From Podarcis melisellensis (taxonomy: Eukaryota): a stretch of 64,000 nt of DNA. The DNA is taken from the NCBI GenBank assembly GCA_964234715.1, contig OZ174289.1; one strand, written 5' to 3'. Position numbers and translations under genes: made by a program. Shown here one piece after another: positions 36,531 to 48,401 of the stretch (within the stretch, counting starts at the first letter, position 1; every line of letters begins with the position of its first letter). The notes under the pieces are model-generated. The model saw only the letters and a program-made list of their open reading frames with translations. It ran no database searches and was not told the DNA's origin.

Positions 36531-38440
36531 ATGGCAGCATTTGAGCCCCCAGAAGTCACCTGGGGGTGCGGAGCTGCCTAACAGCCAACTTGTGTAGGCT
36601 CATTTTCCCAGGCAAATGATAGCAGTTCCCAGTGAATTCCCACCACCACCAGTGACTTCGGTGACTGATTTGGAACCGTTTATTGGGAACTTTATGAGGA
36701 CCTGGCAGCGTGCATCCTGTTTTAAAGCTGCCACTAACATGCCAGAGAAAGTAAGGCGAAGAATATTTACACGCTCCCTACTCACAGACCCTGAGCGCTT
36801 AATTAGGGAGTGTGCTTGTAAACGGGACCCTAATGTGGGCTGCCTGCATAACATTTCCAATGCTGATTTTTTTATTATCAGAATCCACCTGATAAGAGCA
36901 GGTGACTATTATTTTATTGGAGAGGTTTCCTCTTATGGAATTTATTGCTGATCCTCCCTCTGCAGCCCCCCTGCCCAACCGCTCCATCAATTACAGGAAC
37001 TGGGCTTTACGGCCCTGAACAAATTGCTTTGTGAGAGCGTAATGGATGTACACAAGAACATATTATGTTCTCAGCAGCAGGCTCTGTTAAAAGGCATTGC
37101 TGAAAATGCATAGGTCAGAAGAGATAAATGGGGGACAAGCGAGGGTGTGGGGAGGATAGTGACAACGAACAGTCATTCTACAAGAAACAGAAGAAACAAC
37201 ATCCATGCTGTTGAGCCCCACCTTATCAAACTGTCCCAGTGGCGTTCGGAAGCAGAGAATAAGCCTTGCATGTGTAATGTAAAAAGAGCCCTGTTGGATC
37301 AGGGCCCAGGGAGCCTCTAACCCAGCAAACTGTTTTCACAGCAGCTACCCAGATCCCTGCAGGATGCATGCAAAGAGGACCTGAGTGCAGGAGCAACTTT
37401 CCTCTCCTGTAAACCACAGGTTTACAGCTGGTAAAAACTGGGTGGAGCAACTTACACAGCTCTTACCTTCACACAGTTGGCTCCATCCCAGTCCTGCAAG
37501 ACCCAGAGGTGTCTATCCGCACATCTCTTCAATCTTCACCCAGGCAAGCAAGAGCTGTGATCCCAGTTCAAGAGTGCATCTTGTCACGCAGCGGTGAATT
37601 AATCAATTTGTCTCATGACACATCTTACGCACGTAAAGGAGCACGTGGAACAGAGTCTCAGAAGCTGGGCCTGAGGTTCCTTACACCTGCTTTGCAATTC
37701 TGTCTTTCCTCCTGCATGAAGAAGGAAAATGCCCTACACCACAGCCAGAGACTTCCAAGCTTAGATTCTGGTGCAAGCAGTAGCAATCTGCCATCTGTTA
37801 TCCAAACAAGGCAGAAAGCCAATATGCAGACCTCTAGCTCCCCTGAAGAAATAAGACCATGCCAGCTTGGGAAACAGGGCAGCAGCAAGCTTTTCATTTC
37901 TGCTCTTTGACTGGAATAGAGGAATAGATAACTGTATTTCCTTCTGAAGGTTTCCTTACTCTTTGGAAATGTTTTGAAGCAGAAGAGGCTGCAAAACTGT
38001 TGCGTGTGTTTGTTTGTTTCTTTGTTTGTTTACTGAATTTTTCCTTAATAACATTCTGATAGCTTTACACACATAATTAAAAATCTCTTCCTGCATGGAG
38101 ATCTTGCACCAACTGTCAGAATGCAAGCCTTCCAACGCCTAGTGCTGAACAGCAAACAGACGGTGGCCGGCTCTAGACATTGATGCGTCACATTCTGACA
38201 TTTACTCCATGCATGAAGAGGTTTACAACAATATGCGTAAAGTCATCTGAACTTTATTAAGGAAAGTGATCAAGCCCAGAGCTTTCTGTGTGTGCCTGAG
38301 GAGTCTCTTGCTGATGGTACTGCAGGCACGTTGTTTCTGGGATTAACAAAACAATAAAAAACAGCAAATACTTTATGACTAAACTAGTTTGCCATGAACA
38401 CTGTGAGCATGTCATCTTCCCAAAATATTTTGATTTCTTA

Positions 38441-38783
38441 CAGTGGTGTAGCATTGGTTGCCAGTGCCCAGGGTGGGAGCATGTTCACATGCTGGGAGAA
38501 GGCAGGGCGCACACACACTGGGCAGGGGGATGCCAGCCCTGCCGTCACCACTGATGCCGCCGGAATGACCCCACCATCACCGGAGCAAAGAGGGGCTGCA
38601 CTGAGCCACTTGCCCACCTGTGCAGAGGGGAGCCTGGCCAGCCGACTTGGCCCTTGGCGGACAGACAGGAACACCAGGCTGGGGAAACCTGTTTGGGGGG
38701 CCCTGGTTTGCACTCCCTCAAAAACTGTGTGCCCAGGGTCACGACTCCCCCCACCCATCAGCAGTCCCCACACTATGCCCCTG
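38441..38783. mobile_element. hAT-type non-autonomous element
   Basis: Ends CAGTGGTGTAG / CTATGCCCCTG; 8-bp TSD 6/8 identical (ATTTCTTA vs CTTTCTGA). Confidence 0.55.
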
Positions 38784-39044
38784 CTTTCTGAAGTGAAACA
38801 GGAAATCCCACCCTCTCCCCAACATCAAGGTCCAAATTAGTCAAACCTGGCCATGGAAGAAAATCCAACAAGCACATCTGCTTTGCAGTAAAAACAAGTT
38901 CATCAGAAATTATATAACAAAAAAATATATGGTGCCATTTCAGGATTCAAAAATGAAAATTGCCTGAGGCAGCTGCATTGCCATGGCTTGGAAGTGCACC
39001 TTGAATCCACCAAGTGGTTTCAAGTACTCTGTGCCCAAAACACA

Positions 39045-39046
<2 letters not shown>

Positions 39047-39127
<81 letters not shown>
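39047..39127. repeat. (CT)n(CA)n compound microsatellite
   Basis: Direct reading. Confidence 0.95.
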
Positions 39128-39129
<2 letters not shown>

Positions 39130-39239
39130 CTGGTTGGACTTCTGGCACCTACTGAGTACTTTTTTATTCCAGCAATGTTTTAACTGAATTCTGATTTTAT
39201 AGCCTTTATTTTTATTGCACTGAGTTACCTGCATACCAG

Positions 39240-39590
39240 GGGACATGGGTGCCGCTGTGGGTTAAACCACAGAGCCTTGGACTTGCCGATCAGAAGATCG
39301 TGGTTGCTCCCATTGCGAGGTGAGCTCCCATTGCTCGGTCCCTGCTCCTGCCCACCAGCAGTTCGAAAGCATGTCATAGTGCAAGTAGATAAATAGGTAC
39401 CGCTCCAGCAGGAAGGTAAACGGCATTTCTGTGCGCTGCTCTGGTTCGCCAGAAGTGGCTTAGTCCTGCTGGCCACATGACCCGGAAGCTGTACGCAGGC
39501 TCTCTCGGCCAATAAAGTGAGATGAGCGCCGCAACCCCAGAGTCGGCCATGACTGGACCTAATGGTCAGGGGTCCCTTTACCTTTACCTT
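39240..39590 (+). mobile_element. Sauria SINE
   Basis: GGGACATGGGTGCCGCTGTGGGTTAAACC head; core; CCCTTTACCTTTACCTT tail. Confidence 0.92.
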
Positions 39591-40763
39591 ATGTACATAC
39601 CACCTAGAAAGCGTTGTAATTAAGTGGTATATAAATTGTCAAAATAATAAATAAAGAGGAAGTAGGAGAAAGAATGCACACCAGGAGCAGCGGTGCAGGA
39701 GGGTGGCCAGAAAATTTGGTAAGCCGGCCTGGGGACTGGTGGTGGCCGCTGCAACAGCAGATTGCCAAGCCAGCCAGCCACTGCTTCTGGTCACTTTTCT
39801 CTGTCCAGCCCTGCTTCTCCTGTTGGCCCAAGTCATCATCCTAATCAGCCAAGCAGCCCTAGCTGTACAACCAGCAGATCAACAAGCTGGTCTGTTTCAT
39901 TATTTATTGATGCTTTACTGAATGCTCTATTGATGGATTCTCTGTTTTCGTTTTCCATTCTTACAATGCTATGTATGGATTTCCCTTTTCTTTAGTACTG
40001 ACCTTACTGGGTTTTATGCAAGCCACTTATGAATTTTGCATAGTAAGCAGTGTATAAATATTATCAATAAATAATAACAACTCAGCTTACTTCACGTCAC
40101 TTTGCACCAAGAGGAAGGTGCGATCACAGCTCAGTTGCTGTCTGTTCACCGGACCACTCTGAGGAAGTTGAGCATGGAAGAGGAAGCGACCTATGTTTAT
40201 ACTGCCCAGGGCTGAAGAACCTATGACTCTCCAGATGTTTTGGACTAGAATTCTTTTTTTCTCTGACCACTGGTCATGCTGGTTGCAATTGATAGTACTT
40301 GGAATCCAACATTCTGGAGGGCCACAGGTTCCTCAGCCATGATCTTGCCCAATCCCACTTGGTGACTGCACAGCAAGGATAGGGAACCCGTGGTCCTGTG
40401 GTTCTTTAGCCTAGCACCAAAAGGTGTATAATGAAGGTGCCTGGTGAACCTCCCTGGAGAGAGCATTCCTCAAATGGGGAGCCACCACAGAAAAGGCCCT
40501 TTCTCATGTTGCCACCCTGCGGAACTTTGATTGAAGACACACACAATTAAGAGCATTTGTATATTAATTTTAAAGCTTACAGTCATGTATTAATCTTATT
40601 TAGAAAATGTCTACATTTTTCTAGTGAGCTATGGCTGATTTAACTATTGCAGTGATAATTTGCAACAGCTTATAATACAACATGGGACTGCAGCAGGTTG
40701 TATCACATGATTTTCCCAAAGACTAAAAATAAGATTTTCTCCTATAGACTAGAAAGGGAGACT

Positions 40764-41245
40764 GTTGTTGTTGTTTACTCGTGTCTGACTCTTCATGACC
40801 CCATGGACCAGAGCACGCCATGCACTCCTGTCTTCCACTGCCTCCCGCAGTTTGGTCAAACTCATGCTGGTAGCTTCGAGAACACTGTCCAACCATCTTG
40901 TCCTCTGTCGTCCCCTTCTCCTTGTGCCCTCCATCTTTCCCAACATCAGGGTCTTTTCCAGGGAGTCTTCTCTTCTCATGAGGTGGCCAAAGTATTGGAG
41001 CCTCAGCTTCAGGATCTGTCCTTCCAGTGAGCATTCAGGGCTGATCTCCTTCAGAATGGATACCGTAGGTTTGGTCTTCTTGCAGTCCATGGGACTCTCA
41101 AGAGTCTCCTCCAGCACCATAATTCAAAAGCATCAATTCTTTGGCGATCAGTCTTCTTTATGGTCCAGCTCCAACTTCCATACATCACTACTGGGTAAAC
41201 CATAGCTTTAACTATACGGGCCTTTGTTGGCAAGGTGATATCTCT
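40764..41245 (-). mobile_element. BovB LINE 3' fragment
   Basis: KAMVYPVVMYG...ELWCWRRLLRVPWTARR and SILKEISPECSLEGQILKLRLQYFGHLMRR; (CAA)n tail; possible TSD GGAGACT (40757-40763, 41247-41253). Confidence 0.93.
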
Positions 41246-41750
41246 AGGAGACTAGTAAATGGTGACGAAATGTGCCATTAATGGTTGATATATTCAATCT
41301 CAAAGGAGATTTGTTTTTCGTTTTTGTTTTTGCTGTAAATTGTTCAGCAAAACACAAAAGGTGCATCAAACCTGCAAGAAACAGATTTGAAAGACTGTCA
41401 GAACATTGGTGCAATTTCGTTTTCACATGAGAACAATTCTGACCATTTATCAAACTTGGAGAGAACTTGAATTGCACTTATCAAAGGGGGTGGTGGTGAG
41501 AGAACTGTTATTAACTAGCAGAAAGTTAGGCAAGAACAACATTGGCAACAAATCTTGGAATGCTTAGACTTCTGGTTTGTCGTGGCCATCAGAAAGGAGC
41601 ACAAGGCTAGCCCTCTGGGAAAGCCTTAAGCTTTGCGGGGGGGGGGGGGAGTTACACAAAGGCTCTGCGGACCTCGGAACCCAAAGGGGAATGTGGGATC
41701 CAACTGCACTCTTGATGGCTCTCCTGCAGGACGAATCGCTCCATGGAAAA

Positions 41751-41800
<50 letters not shown>

Positions 41801-41880
41801 TTTCGTAGATTTTCACGGGTACAGGAATGCAGGTTTTGGTGTCCTCGGGTGTCTTCCCGTGTAAAAGTTGGGGTGTCTAG

Positions 41881-41918
41881 GCGACGTTTCGACGAGGTCT
41901 CACTCGTCATCTTCAGGC
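41881..41918 (-). ncRNA. Minimal hammerhead ribozyme motif (minus-strand copy)
   Basis: Exact reverse complement of 41986-42023. Confidence 0.75.
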
Positions 41919-41985
41919 TGGTGCTTTCGGCTTCTTGTTACTGGAGATCCTGCTCTGTTCCAGTAACAAGAAGCCGAAAGCACCA

Positions 41986-42023
41986 GCCTGAAGATGACGA
42001 GTGAGACCTCGTCGAAACGTCGC
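41986..42023 (+). ncRNA. Minimal hammerhead ribozyme motif (plus-strand copy)
   Basis: GC-CTGAAGA-T-GACGAG(TGAGAC)CTCGTC-GAAA-CG-TC-GC: intact core, 6-bp stem II, palindromic ACGT stem III, GUC cleavage triplet (after 42021), short stem I. Confidence 0.75.
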
Positions 42024-42259
42024 CTAGACACCCCAACTTTTACACGGGAAGACACCCGAGGACACCAAAACCTGCATATATATATATATATATATATGCA
42101 GGTTTTGGTGTCCTCGGGTGTCTTCCCGTGTAAAAGTTGGGGTGTCTAAGTTGGGGTGTCGACGAGGTCTCACGTCGCATAGACACCCCAACTTTTACAC
42201 GGGAAGACACCCGAGGACACCAAAACCTGCATTCCTGTACCCGTGAAAATCTACGAAAG

Positions 42260-42290
<31 letters not shown>

Positions 42291-42329
42291 GGATTGCTTG
42301 ATTGCTTTATCAGAGTTCTTGGCATTCCA

Positions 42330-42790
42330 TGGTAATTCTCTATTTGGCTTCCTGTATTTGGCATCTTCAAAAATTATATATACTGAAGATGCACTTAAGG
42401 CCTGCAAGAATTTGTAAAAACCATTGATGCATAATGTAAACAAAGATATTGATGCTGAAGATCTGTACCGTGAATATATAGCAATTGCTCAAAGACTCCC
42501 AAAGTCCATGCTGCCACAAGGAATGCTTGTCTTCATACTACAACATAAACTCCTGAATAGCGCGCCTAATGTTTCTGTTGCTCTTAGGATCTTCCTCACA
42601 CTTCCAGTGTCAGTGGCAAGTGGGGAACGCAATTTCTCAAACCTTATAAAAACCTGCATGCGCTGAATAATGTTGCAAAAGAGACTAGTTGGATTGGCAA
42701 CTATTACCAGCTGAACATGCCCAAGCATCAGCACTTGACCCGAAGAAATGGGTGGCAAAATTTGCAGAGGAAAAGACACACAAAGTGAAT
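42330..42790 (+). pseudogene. Decayed hAT transposase, C-terminal dimerisation domain
   Basis: ORF 42424-42666 contains PNVSVALRIFLTLPVSVASGERNFS, the hAT dimerisation-domain signature, followed by frameshifted/stopped continuation. More degraded transposase-like sequence probably lies at about 41260-41580. Confidence 0.75.
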
Positions 42791-42940
42791 TTTGATGTGC
42801 CTGGAATTGAAACTTTGAAGAGGCTTAAATCTTAACATCACAAGATTATTCAAAATGATTTGTGTGCTAAAACATTTTCTTTTATATTTGAGAAAGATAA
42901 TAAAAGGCTGTTGTATTACATATTCTTGCAATTTAAAATA

Positions 42941-43082
42941 CCGTATTTTTTGCACCATAACACTCACTTTTTTCCTCCTAGAAAGTAAGGTGAAATGTCT
43001 GTGTGTGTTATGGAGGAAATGCCTCCTCTAAAAACTACGTGTATGTTATGGTCGGGTGCGTGTTATAGAGCGAAAAATACTG
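42941..43082. mobile_element. Tc1/mariner-pogo-type MITE
   Basis: TA|CCGTATTTTT...AAAAATACTG|TA terminal inverted repeats with TA TSD. Confidence 0.7.
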
Positions 43083-44169
43083 TAAATTTAGAAGTTTCAA
43101 GCTTTGTGGTTTCCTTTTCTCCCTATAAGACATCTGTTTTTGAAAACTGAAGTTAGAAATTTGGGGGGACAAGGTGGGACTAGTTAGGCTTGCCTGAGGC
43201 ACAAATTAGCCTGGCACTGGCACCTCCTGCTAGAAAACTAAAATTCTCACAACACTTTGTGGGGAGGAATGCGAAGGGCTGAGTGAGAGATTTCCCCCTT
43301 TCTCTCTAAAGACATCACTATGGAATGGAGCTATGAATGCTTCCTTCTCAGACATGACTATGTGATCTAATAATAAACCATTTTAGTGAGCAATAAAACA
43401 TTGTTCCACACAACGGCAGTGTGCACCTTCTCCATAAGAAGGAATAAATGGCTACCTGTTGCATGCAGGGACATGTTTTACAAGGGGTTCCAGTTTGATT
43501 GGCCGATATTACACAGCACTACAAGGTTTTTCTTTACCTACACGATAAACATCGTAACAGCACGGCAACAGCAGGAAGTATAAAAGATACCTCTTGGGTA
43601 TCTTTTACCAGTTGCTGAACACCGCAAGCAGGAGGGGTGCTATTGCACTCATGTCCCGATTACGGTGTTGCCATAGGTTGGCCACCATGGGAACAAAAAT
43701 GCTGGACTAAATGGGTCTTCGGTCTGATCCAGCCAGGCTCTACTTATGTGCTTATGACATTTCATAAAATGTCAAAAGGTACGTGTATTAAATGTGAGCT
43801 TTCGAACACATAGGCTCACATAATATGCACCCTGTTCATTTTGTTGCTTGCTTTTTATTTAAGGTACTTTTTGTTTGTTTGTTTGTTGTCTAGTTTGCAC
43901 TGATATTCCAAGTCTTGCAATAACCTAACTACTTTACCTCGCATATGCAAACTCGTCCACTTCAATCAGAAGAATTGGCACTACTGCAGGTGCCACATAA
44001 TACCTGTTCTGTGTCTGTAAGAATTCTGTTACAAAACACTACCAAATAACATGCCACTACTATGAGTAAGAGAAGAACCATGCTTTCCAAAATGTGAATT
44101 AAATAGTTTATTTCCTTAATATATTAAAAAATGAGATCTCTTTAATTCATATGGAATTCATTACCCATT

Positions 44170-45314
44170 ATCTATGATTACTAAGACCCAGCACAAGTTT
44201 CTGAAAAACAAGTAATGCCAGATGACTCTCCTTCCCTCCCTTCCATTGGATAGAGAGTTACAAGCTTGGTGGATCAGGGGGATTATGTGGGCATACTGTA
44301 TCTTGATTTCAGTAAGGCTTTTGATAAAGTCCTCTATTATATTTCTGCGAGGAAGCTGGTAAAATGTGAGCTGGACGAGGTAACTGTTAGCTGGATTTTT
44401 ACCTGGTTGACTGACCGAACCCCAACAATGCTCACTAATGGTTCCTCATCAACCCAGAATAACTTGGGTGAAGCAATTGAGAGGATTCTCATCAAATTAG
44501 CAGATGAAACCAAACTGGGAGGGGTAGCTAATGCCGCAGAAGACAGAATTGGGATTCAATATTACTGGAAAACTGGGCCCAGATTAATAAAATGAATTTC
44601 AATAGAGATAAATGTAAGGTTCTACACTTAGGTAGGAAGATCCAGCTGCACAAATATAAGATGGGGGACACCTGGTTTGCCAGTAGGATATGTGAAAAGG
44701 ATCTAGGGGTCTTAATAGACCCAAAGTCTTAACATCTAGTGGGTCATCTAGTTCAACTGCCTGCAATGCAGGAATCTTAACTAAAGCAGCCATGACAGAT
44801 GGCCACTCAAACCTCTGCCTAAATACCTCCAAGGATGGAGAGCCCATAACTTCCCAAGGGAGTCCGTTTCACTATTAAACAGCTCTTGCCACCAGACAAT
44901 TATTCCGGATGTTTAGTCAGAATCTCCTTTCTTGTAAGTTGAAGGCATTGGTTTAGATCCTAGCCTCTGGAGCAGGAGACAACAAGGTTGCTTAAGATAT
45001 TTTAAGATCGCCATCATATCTCATCTCAGTCTGCTCTTTTAAGACTAAACATACCCAGCTCCTTCAAGTGCTCCTCATAAGGCTTAGTTTCCAGACCCTT
45101 GATCATCTTGGTTGCCTTCCTCTGCACACATTCCAGCTTGTCAACATCCTTCTTAAATTGTGTTGCCCAGAATTGGACACAGCATTCCAAGTGTGGTCTG
45201 ACTAAGGCAGAATAGAGTGGGACTATTACTTCCCTTGATCTCGACGCTATACTTCTGTTGATGCAGCCTAGAGTAGCATTTGCTTTTTTTGCTGCTTCAT
45301 CACACTGTTGACTC
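44170..45314. mobile_element. CR1 LINE fragment with its 3' half inverted (plus ~44170-44735; minus 44741-45314)
   Basis: Plus: YLDFSKAFDKV, IKLADETKLGG, MNFNRDKCKVLHLG. Minus: [22 protein letters not shown]...CR1 3' end GATTCCTGCATTGCAGG..TTGAACTAGATGACCC. Confidence 0.85.
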
Positions 45315-45320
45315 GGGTCA

Positions 45321-45464
45321 ACAGCTCGGATAATTTGGTTGGTTGAGCATGAGACTTTTAATCTCAGGGTTTGATCCCCATACTAAGCAAAAGATTCCTG
45401 CATTGCAGGGGGTTGGACTAGATGACCCTTGGGACCCCTTCCAACTCCACAGTTCTGTATTCTA
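45321..45464 (+). mobile_element. tRNA(Lys)-derived SINE with CR1-type 3' end
   Basis: GAGCATGAGACTTTTAATCTCAGGG head plus the same CR1-like tail as at 14012. Confidence 0.7.
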
Positions 45465-45476
45465 CCCAACTCTTGC

Positions 45477-45509
<33 letters not shown>

Positions 45510-47170
45510 GCAAATACAATTTGCACTCTGTGTGGGAGCCAAGGACATGTGACTAGACAGTTTTAGAATTCCTATGTCCCTGGAACAAAGGTTTCCAGTA
45601 TATTGGGAGATGAAAGGATAACTCACACATTTCCCCCCCAGCTGATGTGTGAAACTGTGAAAAGCCCTAACACATCCCACATCCCATTGCACTGTTAACA
45701 GACTGCCATCCCCAGCATTCCTGATGGCTGTCAGGGCAACATGCAATTCTCAGCAACTACCTGAAGATGGCAAGATAATACCACACTCCTAAATCCGTCA
45801 AATGATGGGGATGGGGGAATTGGATGCACTTAGCAGATAGGAGTGGAATTATTTTATTTTATTTTGCAACCCACAAGATGCCAAAGCAAAACATTGTAAT
45901 TACCTTTTTTATGACACTCTTCTTGCCTTTTTTTAATAAAAGAGAGAGAGAGAGAATAATTCTCTTTTTAAAAAGACCAACACTGTTATCAATGACGGCA
46001 TGTGAAAACATATGCTGTATTACTGTACTGCAGTGGCTTTTTGAACCCGCATGCAAAGTGCGAAGACGAAATTGCACTGCATCCAACTGCACCAGGGAGT
46101 CATAGAGCCACACTCTGCCTGCAATAACTTATCCTAAGCCGCCTAGTGACATTTTATGTCTTTTTGCTGTAGTGCTATTACGCCTTTGATTACTCCATTT
46201 TTATGTTTGTCAGCACAGCATATGAGAGGGATAATTTGTATTCAACATATTAAACTGGTCATGTAAATTATTAAAGACCCAATTCATAAAGGCATTACAC
46301 ACACCATATGCAGATTTTCCCTCCACCTCCTCTTCATTACAGAGCCTTGGTTTGGGCATTTCTGAACGCTGCATTTTCCAAGCTGAGGAGAGAGAAGTGC
46401 TCCGTTGGGCAGCTAATTTACACTTTATGCTGGCTTCCTAAAGATCTCTCCCCTTCCCACATCCTGCAAAGCATCGCAAAACAACTGGTATTAGTTGGTG
46501 GGATCTACCTCTGCCTACTTCATCCTTAGCTGGGCAGGGGTACAAATTCCAGACAGCAGCAGGACCAGCCCTACTGTTAGACAGTGAAGCAGACGGCATA
46601 TTGTCGGAAGTAGGAATTGAATGCAAGGTGTTGGTGACAGAGCTATGTGTGCTGTTCAGTCTGCCTGCATCCTCTAAGCTAGGAGTGAGCAGAAGTTCTC
46701 CTGGATCTACCTTGGGGTGATTTGCAGTTGATCAGCAATCATTTTGACTCCCAGTTATTTAACAGTTGCAACAACCATAGCCACATCTGCAGCTTACATT
46801 TAATGCAGTGTCAAAAAATTCCTGGGAACTGTAGTTTGTTTAGGGTGCTGAGAGTTGCTAGGAGACCCTCATGCCCCTCCCTGAGCCAACATTCCCAGAA
46901 CTCTGGAAACTGACACTCTGAGGAATGGGGTCTCCTAACAACTCTCAGTCCCCGTAACTAACCACATTTGTTGAAGTCAAATTGCTGCATTAGCAGCACT
47001 GAAGTGACCTCCACGGGGGCGCAAGCCTGCCTGGGCAGTGTGTATGGAGGTCCTGGGCTCCCCAGATAACAACCCCCCACCCTCTGGATTTGTGTAGGGT
47101 TAATCCTTAGCTTTTTTCTTCTTCCAAAGATATCCTGCGAGGCAGCGGAAGTTTAGGACCAGAACTTTTT

Positions 47171-47496
47171 TGTTATGTACTGAGTTGAATAGGATCCAAA
47201 ATGCAGCAGTCTGATTGGTCCTAGAACAATAGGATCCAAAATGCAGCAGTCTGACTGGTCCTAGAACAATGCAGCAGTATGACTGGTCCACAGGAGCCAC
47301 CCAATCCAGCTCCAGGTGGAAGTGAATCCACAACCTGATTGGCCTACAGGAGAATCCCGGAATTAGCCAATCACGTGCAGCCCATTGTGTAAATAATGTA
47401 TATAAAGCAGATACTGTGGGGGAACTTCCATTCCTCCTCACCACTATGAGCTGAATAAAGAGTATGAAATCCACTCTCGACTCCGAGTATATTTCA
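47171..47496 (+). mobile_element. Solo LTR
   Basis: TG...CA ends; 40-bp tandem repeat (47188-47267) plus a partial third copy; several CCAAT/ATTGG boxes, TATATAAA (about 47399) and AATAAA (about 47454) in U3-R-U5 order; imperfect T-rich TSD. Confidence 0.75.
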
Positions 47497-48046
47497 TTTC
47501 CTTTTCCTAGATGGGCGAGTCCCCTTTGCCCCTCACTTCCCTTTAAACCACATGCAGAATCTGCCCTCTTGACCATTGGACCTACTGTTGGGTCTTGTTC
47601 GCTCAATCTGTCGGAGCCTGTCTTTGCTTGCATCGGCTCCCCTCACCTGGTATAGCCAGCCAGTCAAAAGCCATTCCCAGGGAGGGGCCACTGTCACATG
47701 CTGACAGCTTCAAGGAGCTTCTAGCTGAGAGTGTAGGTTTAATCTCTGGCACCTTCACTTAGGCTGGGCAGAACTGTAGCTGGGGGGGGGGGGGGCTAGA
47801 CATGCTTTTTGCCCTAGGTGAAGTCTCCAAAGGCGCACCACTGAGGCCCTAACTGAAGGTGCCAGAGATTAAACCTGAGACCTTCTGCATGCAAAACAGA
47901 TGCATGCAGAAGCAATGGCCCTTTTCAGGGTGCACATGAAGCAATTAATAATCTAAAGTCTCTCCCTCCTCCCCATACACCTTCCTCTCTAGAGACCTTC
48001 TCATCACTGTTGAAGGAGCTAAGCTGGTTCTTTTTTCATATCAGTA

Positions 48047-48401
48047 AGGTAAAGGTAAAGGGACCCCTGACCATTAGGTCCAGTCGTCACCGACTCTGGG
48101 GTTGCGGTGCTCATCTCGCTTTATTGGCCGAGGGAGCTGGCATACAGCTTCTGGGTCATGTGGCCAGCATGACTAAACCGCTTCTGGCGAACCAAATCAG
48201 CGCACAGAAATGCCGTTTACCTTCCTGCTAGAGCAGTACCTATTTATCTACTTGCACTTCGACGTGCTTTCGAACTGCTAGGTTGGCAGGAGCAGGGACC
48301 GAGCAACGGGAGCTCACCCCGTCGTGGGGATTCGAACCACCGACCTTCTGATCGGCAAGTCCTAGGCTCTGTGGTTTAACCCACAGCGCCACCCATGTCC
48401 C
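48047..48401 (-). mobile_element. Sauria SINE
   Basis: Full-length; 13-bp TSD TTTCATATCAGTA (48034-48046, 48402-48414). Confidence 0.95.

Larger units (their letters stand above)
41753..42290. mobile_element. Nested palindromic element of Penelope-pLTR type embedded in (TA)n
   Basis: Perfect 119-bp inverted repeat (41827-41945 / 41959-42077, 13-nt spacer); second 53-bp inverted repeat (42096-42148 / 42180-42232); outer 81-bp inverted repeat (41799-41879 / 42180-42260); three (TA)n tracts. Confidence 0.8.

Noticed and set aside
41799-42260. Repeat cluster considered as a CRISPR array or a miRNA precursor
   Set aside because: The repeats are inverted, with no unique spacers or cas genes, in a eukaryotic context. 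The 119-bp perfect stem is too long and too perfect for a canonical pre-miRNA and is explained by a pLTR inversion.
47100-47633. 177-aa minus-strand ORF
   Set aside because: Spans the solo LTR and flanking repeat; no domain similarity recognised.
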